In this document: in pieces, positions 26,225 through 36,798 of the stretch
Layout: every line of letters starts with the position of its first letter
Numbering within the stretch: position 1 is the first letter of the stretch
DNA from: Schizochytrium sp. TIO01
Taxonomy: Eukaryota > Protista > Bigyra: Labyrinthulomycetes
DNA: 64,000 nt
Assembly (NCBI GenBank): GCA_004764695.1
Contig: SMSO01000014.1
Coordinates: 2,971,648 to 3,035,647, forward strand
Direction of reading: 5' to 3'
The notes under the pieces: model-generated
Seen by the model: the letters and a program-made list of their open reading frames with translations, nothing else
The model's database searches: none
What the model was told of the DNA's origin: nothing
Made by a program: the position numbers and the translations under genes

Positions 26225-27040
26225 CTATATAATCCTCAAATTCATTATTTGCGTCAGTGTTGATTTTCCTTATTGAAGCTTCACTACCTATCCATATCTA
26301 TTGTCATCCATTCAGCCATCCAGCTAGCAAGTAGGTATCAACAGAAAAAGACACCTTGGCGTCGCTATGAACATCCGGAGCACCATCAGCATCCGTGCGC
26401 ACGGATTAACCCGGATCTTTTGTCACCTGTTGCCGGTTTCTTCAAAAACCTACTCTTTTCACAAACATTCTCCTCAAAAATCCCCCCTTCAGGATATGAG
26501 CAGCTCTGTTGCACAGATGAAGTTTGTTGGCCAAGTCTACGCAGCACAGTGCTTTTGACCTCGCCCGAATTGGCCTCTCGCCTAACGACCGCCACCTCCA
26601 TTTACGGTCTATTTGCACAACCCATTTGACAAAACATTTAGGCCATTAAATACACCGCGGCGAGGACATCTGACCCTGGGTTTGATAAGATTAGTGGGGC
26701 ATGTGTGTTGCAATGAGAGGCGGCGAAGGCACTTTCCGGCTACGATCCATTGCAGTTTCTCGATCCGCGGCTGATCGAGGAGGTGGCTCATTCTCCGATC
26801 GTGGCTCGGAGTGGGTTGGTCTAGCAGATCGACATCTCTGGGATCATCGGCGGGTTCATACCTGGAGGCCCACGTGTGTGTCTCTCTGCTGGGTTGATCT
26901 TTCGATCATCGGTCTGGAAAGACGAGCAACTAAGTTGCTGCACTTTACGTGTCTATAATAAATAGCTGGCGTTTGCTTCGCTTGGGGTTTCACAATTTAA
27001 GATCTTCTTCGTGTGTTCTTAGAGAAGCGACCGTAGGAAA

Positions 27041-30000
27041 ATGTCATCTCAGCAGCAGCAGCAGGAGGAGGCTTCGGCCTCGTTCGAGCATGTTTCGGAC
27101 AAGTTTTCTTTCCCGGAGATGGAGCGTGAGGTTCTTGACTTTTGGGAGGAAACCGATGCTTTTCAAAAGAGTATGAAGATGGCTATCGAGGAAGGTCGTC
27201 CTGAGTACACCTTTTACGACGGTCCTCCTTTCGCCACTGGTCTTCCCCATTACGGTCATATCTTGGCTGGTACCATCAAGGATATTGTCACTCGTTATGC
27301 CTCCTTGACCGGATTCCATGTCTCCCGTCGTTTTGGTTGGGATTGCCATGGTCTCCCCGTAGAGTATGAGATTGACAAGAAGCTCGGAATTACCGGCAGC
27401 GACGATGTTGCTAAGATGGGTATTGCCAAGTACAATGCTGAGTGCCGCAACATTGTGACACGCTACTGCAGCGAGTGGGAGCGCATTGTGAAGCGCATGG
27501 GTCGTTGGATTGATTTCCAGAATGACTACAAGACAATGGAGCCGTGGTACATGGAGTCCGTATGGTGGGTGTTTAAGACAATTTTCGAAAAGGACCTTGT
27601 CTACAAGGGTTTCCGCGTCATGCCGTACTCCACCGGTTGCACCACTCCTCTCAGCAACTTCGAGGCTACCTCCAACTACAAGGATGTCTCCGACCCCGCC
27701 GTTACGGTTGCTTTTCCTCTTGTGGATAACCCCGAGGTTTCCTTCGTGGCCTGGACCACCACTCCCTGGACTCTTCCCAGCAACATGGCACTCTGTGTGA
27801 ATCCCGAGTTCGTCTACGTTCACATCAAAGATCTTGCGACTGGAAAGCAGTACATCCTCAGCAAAGACCGCCTTCCGCAGCTGTACCCGAAGATGTCTAA
27901 GCAGAAGGACAAGTACAAGGGCGGCGAGTGGGAGATTGTTCGTGAGTACACCGGAAAGGAGCTCGAGGGCATGAAGTACGAGCCTATGTTCCCGTACTTT
28001 GCCCACTGGGAAAACGCCTTTCGCGTGCTCGTCGATAGCTACGTCACTGCCGACAGTGGTACAGGTATTGTTCACAACGCACCTGGCTTCGGAGAAGACG
28101 ATTACCGCGTGTGTATGGAGCAAGGTGTCATTGTTGCTGGAGGCGAATTGCCCTGCCCTGTGGATGCCGATGGAAGGTTTACCAAGGAGGTCACCGATTA
28201 CGAAGGACGTTACGTGAAGGAGGCTGATAATGATATCTGCAATGATATTAAGAACAAGGGCCGTATGGTGAACAAGAGCTCTGTGATGCACTCGTACCCT
28301 TTCTGCTGGCGTTCCGATACGCCGCTCATTTACCGTGCTGTACCGAGTTGGTTTGTGAAGTTGGAGCCGATCAAGGAAAACCTTTTGGCGAACAACATGG
28401 AGACGTACTGGGTGCCTGCATCTGTGAAGGAGAAGCGTTTCCACAACTGGCTTGCGCAGGCGCGCGACTGGAACATTTCTCGTAACAGGTACTGGGGAAC
28501 ACCGCTCCCGATCTGGATGAGCGAGGACGAAGAGGAGATTGTGGTGATTGGATCTATTGAGGAGCTCCAGGAGCTCTCTGGAAAGACCATTACAGATCTT
28601 CACCGTGAGAGCATTGATGATATCACCATTCCGAGCAAACAGGGCAAGGGAGTGCTTAGACGCATCCCCGAGGTCTTTGACTGCTGGTTCGAGTCAGGAT
28701 CCATGCCGTACGCTCAGCTGCACTATCCTTTTGAGAACAAGGACCGTTTCGAGAAGGGATTCCCTGCTGACTTTATTGCAGAGGGCCTTGACCAGACTCG
28801 TGGATGGTTTTACACACTCATGGTGCTCTCTACGGCGCTCTTTGGAAAGCCCGCCATGAAGAACCTCATCGTTAACGGCCTTGTGCTTGCTGAAGATGGC
28901 AAGAAGATGAGCAAGCGTCTCAAGAACTACCCTGACCCCATGAATGTTGTGGAGTCGTACGGTGCTGACGCTCTCCGTCTCTATCTGATCAACTCGCCCG
29001 TCGTACGTGCAGAGCCTCTCAGATTCTCTGAGGATGGAGTTCTTCAGAATGTCAAGGAGATCTTTAACCCGTGGTACAACGCGTACCGTTTCTTTGCGCA
29101 GAACGTTTCACGCGCAGAGCGTGACCAGGGCTGGAAGTTTGACCGCAGCGTTGCCGTCGAGAGGGCCCGGGCCTCCACCAACATTCTCGACAGGTGGATT
29201 CAGGCATCATTGAACGGACTCATCAAGTTTGTGCGCGAAGAGATGGCCGCATACCGCCTGTACACGGTTGTCCCGCGTCTTGTTGACTTCATTGATTCCC
29301 TGACCAACCTGTATGTACGTCTGAACCGCATGCGTCTCAAGGGAGGCTCTGGAGAGGGCTCCGACGAGGATACTCAGACTGGACTTTACTGCCTTTACAC
29401 TGTACTTTTGTCGCTGTGTAAGCTCATGGCACCGTTCACGCCGTTCTTTACAGAGTTCCTGTACCGTAGGCTCGCAAGACCCGAGGATGACCGCCAAGAC
29501 AGTGTTCACTTCCTCAACATTCCCGACGTTGATGAGTCCCTCCTTGACGAGAAGATGGTCACCCGCGTGCGTCACCTTCGCGAGGTCATCGCTGCTGGTC
29601 GTCTCGCGAGAGGAAACGACCTTCCGCTCAAGCGCCCTCTGCGAGAGCTCATTATTGCTAACACGGATCAGGAGATCCTCGATGATGTCCTTTCCCTTAA
29701 GGAGTACATTGAGAGTGAACTCAATGTACGCAAGGTTACTGTGACCACTGCAGAGCAGGATTACTGCAAGCTCGCCGCCAAGGCTGATGGATCTGTTCTT
29801 GGTAAGAAGCTCGGCAAGAAGTTTGGTGCGATCAACAAGGCTGTGCAGCAACTCTCGCACGAGGAGCTGGCTGCTTTTCAGGCATCTGGCACCATCGAGG
29901 TCGAGGGCGAGACACTCACTACCGAGGAAATCTTCCTCAACCGTGTCGTCGTTGCTGACGAGTCTAAGTACAAGGCTAAGGTCACCCCCTCGAACGTTGT

Positions 30001-30528
30001 GGTAGTCCTTGACACCTTTTCGATAAGACGCTCTTGTATGGTCAGATTGCTCGTGAGGTGACCAACCGCGTACAAAAGCTCCGTAAGGCAGCTGGCGTGA
30101 AGATTGAGGATGTCCTTGACGTGTACTACAATGTGGAGGGCGATGCTGAGGCCGTTCAGATTGTGCAGGAATCCATTGAGGCTGAGAACGAATACATCAC
30201 ATCTGTGATCCGTCAGCGCCTCCACCCATCCTCCAAGTGCCCAAGCTACGCACCCGTACTCGCTACTAACACGGACGAGGTGAACGAGACTCAATTCACG
30301 GTCATCCTCTGCCACCCTTGCCCGGCCCTACTCAAGCAGGACGCTCTTGCCAAGTCCCTCAACGTAGATGTTGCTGTGGCACAGTCCCTTATCAGCGCCG
30401 TTTCCTCCATGGACCCCAACTGGCTCCGTACCGAAGGTTCTTCCTCTCTTGAGCTCACTCTTGACGGAAAGCTCTACAAGCTCGAGGCTGGCAAGCACTA
30501 CTTCCTTTCCATTGATGAGATGCCTTAA
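27041..30528 (+). CDS. IARS1: Cytosolic-type isoleucyl-tRNA synthetase; one frame break near 30017-30020
   Basis: DGPPFATGLPHYGH (HIGH), GWDCHGLP, WTTTPWTLP, GTGIVH, WNISRNRYWG and KMSKR. The C-terminal AREVTNRVQKLRK segment continues in ORF 30034-30528. Confidence 0.95.
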
Positions 30529-30983
30529 ATCCAGCATTCAATAAATTTCGCTGTTTTTTAATCCTTGGTTAAGATTTATATTGGCTGCGTAAAACCACAT
30601 GTAGCTACCTATTTCTTCTTGAATTGTGTCTCTTGAATCTATTTCATCCCGTCGACATTTGAATTTCCACTTATCTTGGTACAGTTCGGAAGCTACTTCT
30701 TTCTCGCGCCGCAAATATTAGTGAAGAATCCCTGTTCTCTTTTTGTTTTTTCTAATCTTACAACGAAAAGAATCCAAAAAGGTGGACATCGGTTCTTTTC
30801 TGTTGAAGAAGTCTTCCAGGGCTCATCTCTTAAGGGGTTGTTTTTCCTTTTTAAATGGAGATATTCGGGATCAATTATCTCTACTTCACTAGATCAACAT
30901 TAGAGACTCAATGATAACATTTTTATATTTATCATACGAAAGACGAAAACAGCTGTTGTCACGCTATCAAGTCATTTAATAAT

Positions 30984-31950
30984 TCAGAGAAGCCCTTGTC
31001 GGGCATATTGGTCTGCATAAGCAAGTTGCTCTGGAGTGTCTATACCACTATGGAATTGACCTTCAACGACGCGAAGATATATATTGTGACCAGCCTCTAA
31101 AACCCTTAACTGTTCAAGCTTTTCTTGGTCTTCAAGTGCGCTTTCGGGTAAACTGCTAAAAGCACGCAAGAAATGGAAACGAAAAGCGTATAATCCAAGA
31201 TGTCGCAACACAGTGTGAGGGTCATCTGGCCCAAGGTCGCGGGGGTAAGGGATGAGCGCGCGTGAGAAGTAAAGTGCTTTACCTTGTGCTCCACGGACCA
31301 CCTTCACAACGTTTGGGTCTGACAGAGATTGAATGGTGCCCCTCCATTCTAAAGCCACTGTGCCCATCTCATATGTGGGATTTTCCTGCATAGCCTGAAT
31401 TAGACTTTGAATATGACTAGGATTGACAAACGGTTCATCACCCTGCACATTAATAACAAGGTCATGTTGATCCAGGCCCAGAGACTCACATACTTCCAAA
31501 ACTCGGTCAGTTCCTGATGCATGATCTGGGCTTGTCATCATAGAATTGGCGCCGAATTCTTGTGCCGCTAACTGCACGCGGTCATCATCCGTCGCAATAA
31601 CAATATCGTCTATACCTGAGCATTTTGCTACCTGTTCGTATGTGCGCTGGACCATGGGTTTCCCTCCGATCTAGATCATAGAATGTATCACAATTGCGTC
31701 AGCTCTCTCGCACACATCTATCCTTGCTCAACCAGCACAACATATGCATCATAACCTCACACAATCCAATGTTCTAGGTCTCCTCGAGCAAGAAGGCTTT
31801 CCATTTGAGAATCTGTGGATTGTTCAACTGCCTTTACGAGGAGGGTGTCTGATGCTTTGGGCCTTCTATACCTTAACTTACCTCGGCCAAAGGCTTTCCT
31901 GGGAGCCGCGATGAGCCCCACCTTGCGGGGATGCACGCCACGACTCGCAT
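30984..31950 (-). CDS. kdsB: 3-deoxy-manno-octulosonate cytidylyltransferase (CMP-Kdo synthetase), 2 exons (31882-31950, 30984-31670), 251 aa
   Basis: Exon 1 MRVVACIPARWGSSRLPGKPLAE joins IGGKPMVQ across the GTAAGT..CTAG intron 31671-31881. Motifs SGTDR, NVQGDEP, VKVV, ALYFSR, HLGLYAF, EKLEQLR and GIDTPE. Confidence 0.93.
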
Positions 31951-32371
31951 CGAAGTAAACAGGATGATCGGCCGTGAGCCGGTTCAACTTCAATAGAAAA
32001 ATGCTGAGACCTTTCCCACGTTACTCTTTGAGTGCTAATCAAAGGGGACAAGTGTTGACCTCTGATGATGAGGGTAAAACAAGAATGGTTTGGTTTCTTG
32101 CGAAGTAAGCGAGCCTTTTCTGTTTTCTGTCGAAGAAGCTCTGTTCTTTTACCTTTTGATCATTTTATCATTTTTTTCACTAATATAATTTTATTTTTTT
32201 AATTTTAAATTTAAATAAAAAACTAAAACTAAAAAACTGAATAATTGTAACAATATAAAATCGGCGTGGGTCTAGCTAGTGGTAAAATTGATTCATATTT
32301 ATATATATATATATATATATATTAAAAGCGTTTAATGCAAATACTTGCAGAGATGCAAAAGCAATCCCTAA

Positions 32372-35300
32372 CTACGAAGACACACGCCCAGAGTCATTTT
32401 CAGGAGGACGCATACGTACGATCTTCACATCAGACGCAGCCGAAACAGAAGACACATCGTGGGGCGTCAGCAAAATATACTGTCTCATATTACCGGTCTC
32501 AGACGCTCGCCGGGCAGCTTCCACAATAAGCTCCAATGAAATCTTACGATAATCTTGATCCATAAAAACATCGAACTCATCCATCACACGCCACGGAGTT
32601 TGTATTGCCTCACCAAGAGCCATCAGAAACGAAAGCGAGGTAAAAGACGACTCACCTCCTGAAAGTTGGCCTGCATCTTTAACAGAGGTATCTTGACCTT
32701 CATCCTGGCTCATATGGGTATTTGCAGTCTTGTTCCAAGTAAAATTCAAAGCTTTCTCCTTGTCGTCGAAATCTACTGTGCCAGAATGGTTCCGATAAGA
32801 TAGATTCTGGTCAAAGAAACGTTGGATTCTCGTTTTAAGAAAGTTCTTAAGTTGCCTAACGTTTAATTTACGTTTTCCCCTTCCATTCTCCACTCGTTCT
32901 TGTACAACAATGTGAAGTTTGATTTGATTCTTTTCGTAGGATTTACTCTTTTTCTCGCGAGTAATCTGCTTCTCCAATTGTAACTTCACTACATCTAGAT
33001 CAACACCTTCGTATTCCATGCTGACTCTCTGTTTGTCAGCTTGCAACGATTGCTGAAATGTCCGAATGTTTGCATCGGCTTGGCCAGAAGTCAAGTCTGC
33101 CGGCACATCTTCTTCAACGCCATCAGTGTACGCTAACGCTATCTTCTGAGCTTGATCATATCTATTTGATTCATCTCGGTGCTTTTTATCAGTCTCGTTC
33201 ATTCGTTTCTCTGTTTCCTCTTTCTTGGATTTGGCGCGCTCCAAAGATGCAACCACATTAATCGAACTTTGCTTGATCTTGTCCAACTCGTTCTGAGCGT
33301 CCTGCAGAGCAATAGCCAACTGTTGGAGCTTCTCTTCCACAACACGTTGTTTCTCCTGTACAGGCTGAAGCTCATGTGCAATGGATTCTTCGTCTCTTGC
33401 AAAGCGCTCTCGATCCATCTCCAGAGTCGTGATTTCGTTATCGAGATTCTGGATCTGCTGAGAAAGACTCTCCCGCTCAATTTCAACTTCATCATCATTC
33501 TTCACTTTTTCGTCCGTCGACAAAATCTGTTTCTGTAGCTCCTGGATCTCTGTCTCGAGCACCAACTTGCGCTGTCGGGTCTCGCTTATCCCTTGTTCAA
33601 GTTCTCCGCGCTTTTGATTCGAGTTTCGTATAGTTGCATCAATTTGTTGTATCTGCTGTGAGAGCTGCCGCATTTCCTTCTCGGTATCTTGTAGATTATT
33701 GCGGAGCGAGGTCTCCAGCTCTCGAGTATCTTCCACAAGCATCGGCGTCTTGTTGCTGCGACCAAAATATGCCTGCTTGTACTCGTTGCCGTTCTTACGC
33801 AGCTGATACGTATTGGCTTGCATGTCAAGCATAATACTCAAATTCTTGGGCTTGTGACGAAAGGTCACTTCTTCTGCTACCCTGCTCGACTCGCAAAGAC
33901 CAGTGGATTCGATCTTCGCCATATCCAACAACACGTTGAACACGTTGGGGTTGTCGGTCTTGATAATGTCCATCATGCATACAACACTGTCGCTTTGGGG
34001 GCGAAACGCGTTCTTATCAACTCCAGGATATCTTTCAGAAGCAAATTTGCGAATCAATACATTCGGCGCAGGGATGTTAGCCTGTCTGCACAGACTCTTG
34101 AGTATGGCATAGTCGTTGTTATCGAACAACACGAGACGATTGATTGCGTTTTTCAAATGAAACTCCACAGGGAAGCGCCACTTCTGATCGCTCAACGAGA
34201 TGTTGAGACCAGTATGGATAGGAGCATACTTGAATCTGGACTTGTTCTGCTCAATTAGACGTAAAACCTTTTGCATCTCACGACCAAAGCATGATGTGCG
34301 GTCATGGCTAGAGGCTCTCCCTTCGATGGGTGCAAGCGCTGTAAGTATGTCTTTTTTTTCGCGCTTCTTGCGATCGAGTTGTTCTTTCAGTCTAGTCAGG
34401 TTGGGAGTGTGAATATTGACATGTTCTTCAGAGAGCTGGGTAAGTTGAGCTGTGAATGCTTCACGCTGGCTGGATGTCTCGTCTCGCTCCTGGCGTTTCT
34501 CGTCCAACATGCTTCGAAGTTGCTTGGCTTCGTTGTATGCGGTTTCATTCATTCGTTTGGCATCCATGGCTAGCTTCTCACGTTTCTCCTCACAGCTGCT
34601 GCGGGCGTACTTGTGTGACTCTATAGTTCTCTCTGTAGCAACAGTTCGTCTTTTGGCCTGACGTAAGCGTTCCATGTAAGTTTCCATAGTAAGTTTGATG
34701 CGTTTCATCTCGTCGTCAAGGTCATTCTTCTCGGTGTCGAGTTTGGTGACTTGGTCCTGAATGCGAGGAGCGTCTTTTTGTGCGTGTTCAACCTGTGCCT
34801 GGAGGTGTTGTACCTTTTCCTCGCGTTCTTTGAGCTTGGCTTGCAGCTTTTCGAGCAGTGTGGCAGAGATTTGGACTTGTTGTCGAATATCCCGAACTTT
34901 GATCCAAGTTTTCTGTCGCATAGCCTTTTTGAGGTCCTCTTCTTGGTTCTCAAGTCGTCGAATGCGACCCAAACTGTCTTCTAGGAGCTTGCACTTTTTC
35001 TCAAAGTTTCCTAAGTTAGCGACACGTTTTTCGAGAGATCCGTTGCCAGACTCGAAGGACTTGAGTTGATGCTCAAACATGCTATTAATGGCAGCAAGAT
35101 GTGTTGCCTGCATGAAGATCTTATATTTCTCCTTAGGAGAGCCATGTAAAAAAGTCTTGCTGGTTTCCTGATCAAGAATACAGGATGGGTTGTCGACGTA
35201 AATATTGAACCAGCGAACAATTCTAGTCACTGTTGTTCTATTTCTAGAGATGACCTTTTGGGTCTTGGCATTCATAATTTTAAACGAAGAAGAGCCCGAC

Positions 35301-36010
35301 ACTCTAAGGGTTCTCTCTATACGAATTTGTTCGCCATAGGACTTGAACTCGAAGGGAAAAGGTCCGACGTTACAAAGCTCAACAGCTACAGTTGCATCAG
35401 AATTGCTTCCATGGCGAATAAGGCTAGAAAGGTTAGCGCCACGACTTGTGTTACGCGCTCTCAGGCCGAGACAAATTTGAAGTGCTGCGACAATAGCGGA
35501 CTTTCCTGATCCGTTTTGCCCGGTAATGAAGTTGATGCTCTTATTGAAGCTGATTCGGAATCGTCGGTGGCACATGAAGTTAGTGCACTCGATAAGCATG
35601 ACTTTGCCACAATCGTCTCGGATCATTTCTGAAGGAAGTGGTACACTGTGGTCGTTCGCATCTCCATCTTCGTTAGAGCTAGATATTGGACTGCCGGGAT
35701 AATGCTGAGTATTGCTGTCTTGTGTAGCGTCACTATCTGGTGCCTGTACTGGAAGCTGTTTTGTACCGCGGCGTGTTGCGATGTTGGGGGTGTTGGAGCC
35801 GCTGGAGTTGGGTTGGTGGTCGGTGCTAGGAGTTTCGAGTCCCCTTTGACAGTGCTCCAGGGGACCCGGAGGAGTTATAGATTCTTCGCGCTTGTGTTTC
35901 TTTCTTGGATGCATTGCATCACAGGGGGGAGACTCGCTACTATCCCCAGTCGATGTAGACGAGCATCTACCCTGAAGTACTTCAACCTCGTCGCTGGAGT
36001 CTGAGCTCAT
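32372..36010 (-). CDS. SMC6: Structural maintenance of chromosomes protein 6, copy A
   Basis: NFMCH, Walker A GQNGSGKS, Q-loop LDQ, coiled coils and hinge, signature LSGGESSF and SMC6-type MDEFDVFMD. First ATG is at 36010. Confidence 0.93.
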   Translation of the reverse strand: MSSDSSDEVEVLQGRCSSTSTGDSSESPPCDAMHPRKKHKREESITPPGPLEHCQRGLETPSTDHQPNSSGSNTPNIATRRGTKQLPVQAPDSDATQDSNTQHYPGSPISSSNEDGDANDHSVPLPSEMIRDDCGKVMLIECTNFMCHRRFRISFNKSINFITGQNGSGKSAIVAALQICLGLRARNTSRGANLSSLIRHGSNSDATVAVELCNVGPFPFEFKSYGEQIRIERTLRVSGSSSFKIMNAKTQKVISRNRTTVTRIVRWFNIYVDNPSCILDQETSKTFLHGSPKEKYKIFMQATHLAAINSMFEHQLKSFESGNGSLEKRVANLGNFEKKCKLLEDSLGRIRRLENQEEDLKKAMRQKTWIKVRDIRQQVQISATLLEKLQAKLKEREEKVQHLQAQVEHAQKDAPRIQDQVTKLDTEKNDLDDEMKRIKLTMETYMERLRQAKRRTVATERTIESHKYARSSCEEKREKLAMDAKRMNETAYNEAKQLRSMLDEKRQERDETSSQREAFTAQLTQLSEEHVNIHTPNLTRLKEQLDRKKREKKDILTALAPIEGRASSHDRTSCFGREMQKVLRLIEQNKSRFKYAPIHTGLNISLSDQKWRFPVEFHLKNAINRLVLFDNNDYAILKSLCRQANIPAPNVLIRKFASERYPGVDKNAFRPQSDSVVCMMDIIKTDNPNVFNVLLDMAKIESTGLCESSRVAEEVTFRHKPKNLSIMLDMQANTYQLRKNGNEYKQAYFGRSNKTPMLVEDTRELETSLRNNLQDTEKEMRQLSQQIQQIDATIRNSNQKRGELEQGISETRQRKLVLETEIQELQKQILSTDEKVKNDDEVEIERESLSQQIQNLDNEITTLEMDRERFARDEESIAHELQPVQEKQRVVEEKLQQLAIALQDAQNELDKIKQSSINVVASLERAKSKKEETEKRMNETDKKHRDESNRYDQAQKIALAYTDGVEEDVPADLTSGQADANIRTFQQSLQADKQRVSMEYEGVDLDVVKLQLEKQITREKKSKSYEKNQIKLHIVVQERVENGRGKRKLNVRQLKNFLKTRIQRFFDQNLSYRNHSGTVDFDDKEKALNFTWNKTANTHMSQDEGQDTSVKDAGQLSGGESSFTSLSFLMALGEAIQTPWRVMDEFDVFMDQDYRKISLELIVEAARRASETGNMRQYILLTPHDVSSVSAASDVKIVRMRPPENDSGRVSS

Positions 36011-36342
36011 GAGGGGTCGTGGCGATCTACTGTTCGTCAAGTTTCCTCAGAAAGCAGCACTGGTTGATTCTGGTGCAGTGTTACTCGGCTTTAGATTGTT
36101 TGCGGGGTTCCGAGGGGCGTGAGACTGGGTGAGGCCGGGTGAGCTGTTGCTTGTGATACTGTTTTGGATCAGCTTTCGATTTATGCTTTGAAGCATCCGA
36201 AAGAAGGCGTGCTCTCTGTTTCATCTGTTAGCTTTCTGCAGATAGGGAGAACTCTATTTGTAGACTGAGAGCGCTCGCTCTCAAGGGAGCAAAGGGAAAC
36301 CTGGACACCCTGATGTAAGTAGTAATGTTTAATTAGACGTCC

Positions 36343-36389
36343 CTTAGTAGTACCTAGGTCATAGTAGTACCTACTCAGGTACTACTAAG
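36343..36389. repeat. Perfect 13-bp inverted repeat enclosing a third direct copy
   Basis: cttagtagtacct (36343-36355) pairs with aggtactactaag (36377-36389). An internal tagtagtacct lies at 36362-36372. Confidence 0.85.
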
Positions 36390-36798
36390 CCTGGCTCTTC
36401 ACAACATTATTATGTTTGGTTGCTGACACTTCGCTGGGAGTGAAAGAAGCACTGCTAGTCGCACTTCGCTGTGTTTGTAAATAGGTGAGCGGTGTCTGTA
36501 TAGGTTCTATTCCATTTCCTTCCGCTCTCGCTGGCCAGAGATTGCTCATAAAAATGTTTTAACTTTGGTTGAAATGCAAACCAAAACTGTAGCCGGTCTT
36601 TTTAGAAGACGTAGAACTTGAAGCGCCGCCACGGATCGTCTTTTGTTTTTGCCTTTCTTTCTTTCTTTCTTTCTTTCTATTTTATTGCTTTAAAAAAATC
36701 CATCTCATTGGTCATATCATTAGGTTTTAAATTTCACAAAGTATCGAAAACGATTCACTTTTTAGTAAGACGATGAGTTTCACATACATTAGTTGATT

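Noticed and set aside
27044-28603. 519-aa antisense ORF (likewise 10693-11829 and 53113-53811)
   Set aside because: Shadow ORFs opposite codon-biased real genes, with no recognisable motifs.
31757-31993. 78-aa ORF upstream of KdsB
   Set aside because: It is an out-of-frame overlap of KdsB exon 1 and its intron.
32263-32300. tRNA A-box-like TAGCTAGTGGTA
   Set aside because: No B-box or cloverleaf; it runs into an (AT)n tract.
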